Part shown: positions 45,112-49,670 of the stretch, piece by piece | How the letters are laid out: each line of letters starts with the position of its first letter | Numbering within the stretch: position 1 is the first letter of the stretch | Origin: Ktedonobacteraceae bacterium | GTDB taxonomy: Bacteria; Chloroflexota; Ktedonobacteria; Ktedonobacterales; Ktedonobacteraceae | Assembly: GCA_035546055.1 (NCBI GenBank) | Contig: DASZXF010000890.1 | Span: forward strand, 1-49,670 | Direction of reading: 5' to 3' | DNA: 49,670 nucleotides | The notes under the pieces: generated by a model | What the model was told of the DNA's origin: nothing | The model's database searches: none | What the model saw: only the letters and a program-made list of their open reading frames with translations | Position numbers and translations under genes: made by a program

Positions 45112-46632
45112 TCAGGCCAGGCTGGTGAGGGCGCGCTCGATGCGGGCCAGGGTGCGAGCGCGACCCAGTACCTCAAGCATCGAGAACAGCGGCGGGGTCG
45201 CCTTACGTCCGCTGACAGCCACGCGTAGCGCGCCGAGGAATTGTCCGGGTTTCAAACCCAGTTCCTCCATGAGCGCGCGCAACTGCCCTTCAAGCGCGTT
45301 TTGTTCCCATTCCGCGCTGTTCTGCAGGAGATCGCGCGCCCGCAGCAGGGCATTTTTTGTGCCTTCCGCGTCCATACCTTTCTGAATCAGGGGCGTCTCG
45401 TATTCCCAATCCTCGGTGTAGAAGAACGAAACGGCATGAGAGGCCTCGCCCAATGTGCGCAGACGCTCCTGTTCAAGACTCAGCACGCGCTGTGTGTACG
45501 CGAGATCGAGCGGACGCTGAATCTGATCCGGCAGACCGCCCTCCGCCGCTGGCCGTTCCATGTAGGGCAGGGCACGCCGCGTCATCTCCTCAATGGAGAG
45601 CTTGCGAATGTAGACGCCATTCATCCAGGCCAGCTTCTCCGCGTCATAGATCGCGCCGGAGACGCTGACACGTTCCAGCGAAAAGGCCTCGATCAGTTCT
45701 TCGCGGGAAAACAGCTCGGTTTTGTCATCATAGGACCAGCCAATCAGCGCCAGGAAATTGACCACCGCTTCCGGCAGAAAGCCCTGCTGTTGCAGTTCTT
45801 TCCAGCTCGGAGCGCCGTGGCGCTTGCTGAGCTTGCGCTTATCTTTTCCCAGGACATCCGGGGCGTGGTAGAGCAGCGGCATCTCCCAGCCCAGGGCGCG
45901 CCAGATCTGGACGTGCAGGGGCGCGCTGGAGATCCACTCCTCGGCGCGGATCAGGTGGGTGATATTCATCAGGTGATCATCGACCACGTGAGCCAGGTGG
46001 TAGGTTGGTAGACCATTGGCCTTGAGAATAATCGCGTCGTCAATATTGGTATTCTGCCAGACCATATCGCCGCGCAATTCATCGTGAACCACCGTCTCGC
46101 CTTCCAGCGGCATGGCGAAGCGCACCGTCCACCGCTGACCCTCGGCCTCGTTGGCCGCGCGCTGCTCCGGCGTCAGATAGCGGCAGCGATGGTCATAGCG
46201 CGGCGGCAGCTTTTGTGCCTGCTGCTCCTTGCGCATAGCATCCAGGCGCTCAGGCGTACAATAGCAGCGGTAGGCGTGCCCGGACTCGATCAACTGGTTG
46301 GCGTATTGCATGTAGAGCGCCCTGCGGTTGGTCTGATAATAGGGACCATAGGGGCCGCCCACCTGCGGACCTTCATCGATATCCAGCCCCAGCCATTGCA
46401 GACCTTCCAACAAAAACTCAACCGCGCCTTTTTCCGTGCGCAGCGTATCGGTATCTTCAATTCTCAGGACAAAAGAGCCGCCGGTGTGGCGGGCAAACAG
46501 CCAGTCGAACAGGGCTGTGCGATAGCCGCCGATGTGCATCAAACCGGTCGGGCTAGGAGCGAAGCGCACGCGTGGTTTTTTCCCCTCCGCTGCCAACCTC
46601 TGCTCCTTCGTGCGATGATCTGTCTGTGTCAT
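45112..46632 (-). CDS. gltX: Glutamate--tRNA ligase (mirror copy)
   Basis: Mirror of 3039..4559(+). Confidence 0.93.
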   Translation of the reverse strand: MTQTDHRTKEQRLAAEGKKPRVRFAPSPTGLMHIGGYRTALFDWLFARHTGGSFVLRIEDTDTLRTEKGAVEFLLEGLQWLGLDIDEGPQVGGPYGPYYQTNRRALYMQYANQLIESGHAYRCYCTPERLDAMRKEQQAQKLPPRYDHRCRYLTPEQRAANEAEGQRWTVRFAMPLEGETVVHDELRGDMVWQNTNIDDAIILKANGLPTYHLAHVVDDHLMNITHLIRAEEWISSAPLHVQIWRALGWEMPLLYHAPDVLGKDKRKLSKRHGAPSWKELQQQGFLPEAVVNFLALIGWSYDDKTELFSREELIEAFSLERVSVSGAIYDAEKLAWMNGVYIRKLSIEEMTRRALPYMERPAAEGGLPDQIQRPLDLAYTQRVLSLEQERLRTLGEASHAVSFFYTEDWEYETPLIQKGMDAEGTKNALLRARDLLQNSAEWEQNALEGQLRALMEELGLKPGQFLGALRVAVSGRKATPPLFSMLEVLGRARTLARIERALTSLA

Positions 46633-46699
46633 AAATCCTCTTCTCAACAACACTATGAAGGTGAAAAGATTATACTACCTTATGTATTTTCTTTCTAGT

Positions 46700-46808
46700 G
46701 GAGTGTCAAACTCCATCCGCAAAGTGCGCCGCCGCAGGCGGCGCGGGAAGAGGGGAAAGGCGGGGGACACCCCGCTCCCCGGCAAAGGGCTGCTGCCCTC
46801 TGCACTCC
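46700..46808. repeat. GC-rich multi-hairpin element (mirror copy)
   Basis: Mirror of 2863..2971. Confidence 0.6.
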
Positions 46809-46845
46809 CGCTTGACTGGCCTTTCGTTTAAACCTTGACCAACTA

Positions 46846-47739
46846 CTAGAGAATCTTCTTGCCCAGGGCCGAAAGAATCAACTCAACCGCCAGATGAGCA
46901 GTCGCATTTTCCCGGTCGAGAATAGGATTGACTTCAACCGCGTCCATGGAAACCATGCGCCCGGAGGCGGCGATCACCTCCATCGCCAGGTGGGCCTCGC
47001 GGTACGTCAGGCCGCCGCGCACAGGAGTGCCGACGCCGGGCGCCTCCCTGGGGTCCAGCGAGTCCATGTCCAGGCTCAGGTGAAAGCCATGACTGGCCTG
47101 GCTGGCGATCTCCACCGCTGCGCGTATCGTCTCGGCCATGCCGCGCTGATCAATATCGGTCATCGTAAAGACGTGGATATGTTCCTGCCGCAAAAGCTCC
47201 TGTTCCTGTGGATCAAGATCCCGCGCGCCTACAATGACGATGGTCTGTTTATTGATCTTGGGTGCCCAGCCGCCGAGATGGGTCAGGCTGGTAGGCCCAA
47301 GGCCGGCCAGCGCCGCCAGCACCATGCCGTGAATATTCCCGGATGGCGTCGTTTCGCTGGTGTTAAAATCTCCATGAGCATCAACCCAGATCACGCCGAT
47401 ATCATGGTGAACGCGCGCCACTCCCGTGATGGAACCCAGCGCAATGCTGTGGTCGCCACCCAGGATCAACGGAAACTCACCAGTCTGAAGCGCCTCCGTC
47501 ACCACGTCCGCCAGATTCTCTGAAGCCCGGATAATCGGCTCCAGGTATTTCAAGTGAGGCGCGCCGGTGGGTTGACTTTCGGGCTGCGGGACGACAATAT
47601 TTCCCACGTCATTGACGGTATAACCCAAACGCCTCAGCTGATCGTTCAGGCCCGCGTACCGGATTGCGCTCGCCCCGATGTCAACCCCGCGCCTGTCAGC
47701 GCCTAAATCCATTGGTACGCCAATTACACGAATACGCAT
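46846..47739 (-). CDS. rocF: Arginase (mirror copy)
   Basis: Mirror of 1932..2825(+). Confidence 0.9.
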   Translation of the reverse strand: MRIRVIGVPMDLGADRRGVDIGASAIRYAGLNDQLRRLGYTVNDVGNIVVPQPESQPTGAPHLKYLEPIIRASENLADVVTEALQTGEFPLILGGDHSIALGSITGVARVHHDIGVIWVDAHGDFNTSETTPSGNIHGMVLAALAGLGPTSLTHLGGWAPKINKQTIVIVGARDLDPQEQELLRQEHIHVFTMTDIDQRGMAETIRAAVEIASQASHGFHLSLDMDSLDPREAPGVGTPVRGGLTYREAHLAMEVIAASGRMVSMDAVEVNPILDRENATAHLAVELILSALGKKIL

Positions 47740-47788
47740 AGTAAAACCTCTTCTGCTCCTCATTGAACAGTCTTCTAATCCTGGTTCT

Positions 47789-47817
47789 ATTATAGACATT
47801 CGCGGATTACTTGTCGA
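47789..47817 (-). promoter_or_regulatory. Arginase promoter (mirror copy)
   Basis: Mirror of 1854..1882. Confidence 0.55.
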
Positions 47818-48066
47818 GTGGTCGAGTCCGCCTGTCAGGGGTGCTCACTCTGTTCTGCGCAGTTCGCTAACAGGTTTCATCACGTATTGTAGAGGCTGAG
47901 CGCGTGGGGACACCGGGTCTCTTCGCTTATTGGTGCCGGTACACTCTTTTCGATATTGAACTCATAAAAATGCGTTTCTCCATCGTTTCATTCAGGAAAT
48001 GACTCCTTTCCTGGGAGGTCTTTACATGGTGTCTTCGAGGTAATTTATTCGCCAGAGAGAGGTCTT

Positions 48067-48510
48067 ATGCTGATCCGGGATATTATGGCTATTCATCCTG
48101 CCTATATCCGCACAGGGGCGGATATGCGCAGGGCAGCCGAGATTATCAGTCTTTCTGAGATAAGTGACCTGATGGTGATCGACCTTGATAATGTGTTTAT
48201 CGGGGTGCTCTCCGAAGGGGATCTGGTCCGCGCTATCCTGCCTGATTTCGATGAAGTGCTGAGGGCAGGTGGAACCCTCAATGATGCTTTCTCCTTTCTG
48301 GTCCAGAAAGGGCGTGATCTCGCGAATCGCCCTATTGATCCTTACATTATTCGTAATGCCATCACTGTGAAGACAACAGATGACATAGCTCAGGCTGTTG
48401 TTGTCATGGTAGAAAAACAAATTCGGCGCCTGCCTGTGGTGGATGATGGCAAGCTGATGGGGACGGTTTCGCGCGCCGATGTTTGCCGGGCTGTGATCTA
48501 TTATGCGTGA
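48067..48510 (+). CDS. CBS-pair domain protein (mirror copy)
   Basis: Mirror of 1161..1604(-). Identical translation. Confidence 0.8.
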   Translation: MLIRDIMAIHPAYIRTGADMRRAAEIISLSEISDLMVIDLDNVFIGVLSEGDLVRAILPDFDEVLRAGGTLNDAFSFLVQKGRDLANRPIDPYIIRNAITVKTTDDIAQAVVVMVEKQIRRLPVVDDGKLMGTVSRADVCRAVIYYA

Positions 48511-48530
48511 GACGCGGGAGGCGCAAAGGC

Positions 48531-49670
48531 ATGTCATCAGCGGTACAGGTGCGATTAGTCTGTAAAAATCAACGTTCCGGTTCTCTTGTGGAGTATATCT
48601 GCGATCTACCGATTACGATAGGTCGGAGTACCGAGCTCAGCACAATTGTCATTCAGGACAGAGCTATTTCGCGGCAACACGCGCGGCTGGAACTGGAAGA
48701 TTACCACCTTATTTTACGCGATCTGAACAGCGCGAATGGAACTATGGTCAATGGTGAGCGTATTCAACGGGTCGCGCTCAAAAGTGGCGATCTGATTAAT
48801 ATAGGCCCGTATCAATTTTCCTGGTCCTATGTTGATCAGGGCGCGGATGCGACAATCCTTTTTACCCCCGCTTCTACCAACAGAGAAGCTGCGCCTGCCC
48901 GGACGGAGGAGACGATAGCTGCGCGCAAAGTAGTGGAGGCTGCGGAGGCGTACAATAGAGCGCAGGGACATGAAAATGAGGGCTTTCTCTCAACCGCCTA
49001 CGGCTTCCTGCCAGTGGAACCGCCTTTGCTGGCTCTGCCTTCATCCCATAGTATCTGGGATGAAATGGTGGCGGACCTGCCGGCGCTGTACAGAACGCTG
49101 ACGCTACGCCGGGTCTTTGAGCAGATGCCCCGGCTGGAGGCCACGCCTGACGCGCTTCCCGACCGCTATCTGTTACGCGCCTCCACGCTGCTGGGCGTGT
49201 TTGCCCATGCGTATCAGTATGTCGAAACAGATCCTCCGGGCGCGCTTCCTGCGGCTATTTTAGAACCATGGAAGGAGGTTTCGCGCCGCTTAGGCAAACC
49301 TCTTCCATATGTCTCTTATATCGACCTGTTCTTCTATAACTGGAAGCTGCGAGATCCCGCAGGGCCGCGCCGGCTCGACAATATGGAACTGCTGGTGCCT
49401 GCCTGGGATAACCAGGCCGAGCGCATCTTTTATCTGGTGACAACCGAGTTTGCTATGCAGCTCACGCCTGTTCTCAATGCCATGTTGCAGGCCCAGGAGG
49501 CTGTAGTACGAGAGGATCGGATCGCGCTTGAGGCAGCCTTGCTCGTCATTCTCGATCAACTGCAATATGTGACTCAGGTGATCTATCCCCAGATTGATGC
49601 CAATCCTGCCAGCAAGACCTATCTTGACCAGGTTCTCTGGGCAAAGACCGTCGGTACCTCTGGCGTACCT
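48531..49670 (+). CDS. FHA / IDO-like fusion protein, partial (mirror copy; runs off the window end)
   Basis: Mirror of 1..1140(-). This is the copy I translated by hand from ATG 48531. It stays open to the last base of the window. Confidence 0.8.
   Translation, partial: MSSAVQVRLVCKNQRSGSLVEYICDLPITIGRSTELSTIVIQDRAISRQHARLELEDYHLILRDLNSANGTMVNGERIQRVALKSGDLINIGPYQFSWSYVDQGADATILFTPASTNREAAPARTEETIAARKVVEAAEAYNRAQGHENEGFLSTAYGFLPVEPPLLALPSSHSIWDEMVADLPALYRTLTLRRVFEQMPRLEATPDALPDRYLLRASTLLGVFAHAYQYVETDPPGALPAAILEPWKEVSRRLGKPLPYVSYIDLFFYNWKLRDPAGPRRLDNMELLVPAWDNQAERIFYLVTTEFAMQLTPVLNAMLQAQEAVVREDRIALEAALLVILDQLQYVTQVIYPQIDANPASKTYLDQVLWAKTVGTSGVP

Larger units (their letters stand above)
24836..49670. 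repeat. Right arm of the same perfect inverted repeat (reverse complement of 1..24835)
   Basis: Same as the left arm. Spot checks of intergenic stretches (e.g. 35441..35450 vs 14221..14230; 28738..28800 vs 20871..20933) match exactly. Confidence 0.97.

Noticed and set aside
24836-49670. Treating the right-arm genes as real paralogs or a duplicated gene set (second gltX, efp, rpsU and so on)
   Set aside because: They are base-for-base mirror images of 1..24835, intergenic DNA included. Real duplicates would show at least some divergence or a spacer. They add no independent information.
1-49670. Giant terminal inverted repeats of a transposon, or an invertible segment
   Set aside because: There is no unique central segment (the arms touch at 24835/24836). 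No transposase, recombinase or invertase gene is present, and the arm content is housekeeping DNA.

Overview
This window is its own reverse complement. Position i pairs with position 49671-i, and the axis lies between 24835 and 24836 (...GGATTGACAGC|GCTGTCAATCC...) with no spacer. Every ORF in the supplied track has an identical twin on the other strand whose coordinates sum to 49671. I checked the two ends, the axis, several intergenic spots and all ORF twins by eye, but not every base. The window therefore holds about 24.8 kb of unique sequence, written twice head-to-head.

The unique arm looks like ordinary chromosomal DNA from a moderately GC-rich bacterium with many GTG/TTG starts and strong GGAGG Shine-Dalgarno sites. 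The taxon cannot be determined from this window. Gene content, in order:
- a CBS protein followed by an FHA / indoleamine-2,3-dioxygenase-like fusion (runs off the window edge)
- arginase, gltX, a CPBP protease, a Uma2 nuclease and an ornithine-cyclodeaminase-family enzyme
- an envelope-glycan trio (UXS-type decarboxylase, O-antigen-ligase-like, flippase-like)
- an rpsU-ybeY-dgkA operon, then efp
- a sensor/exporter block: APH kinase, MerR-GyrI regulator, BtrH-like papain-fold protein, MarR-DUF1398, MerR-MFS, an LplA-fold protein and a PIG-L deacetylase

I found no rRNA, tRNA, CRISPR array, transposase, integrase or phage genes.

The giant spacer-less palindrome is most likely a fold-back sequencing or assembly chimera (missed hairpin adapter, template/complement read-through, or an MDA inversion chimera). 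A hairpin-telomere or replicated-telomere junction is a low-probability biological alternative.

Secondary observations inside the unique arm:
- a recurring hairpin (REP/MITE-like) intergenic element family
- an EF-P with Asn at the normally modified Lys/Arg loop tip
- a YbeY with GYDD in place of GYDH plus an acidic insertion
- twin MarR operators laid over a consensus promoter
- several GC-rich multi-hairpin spacers

All features are listed for both arms. The right-arm entries are mirror images, not independent evidence.
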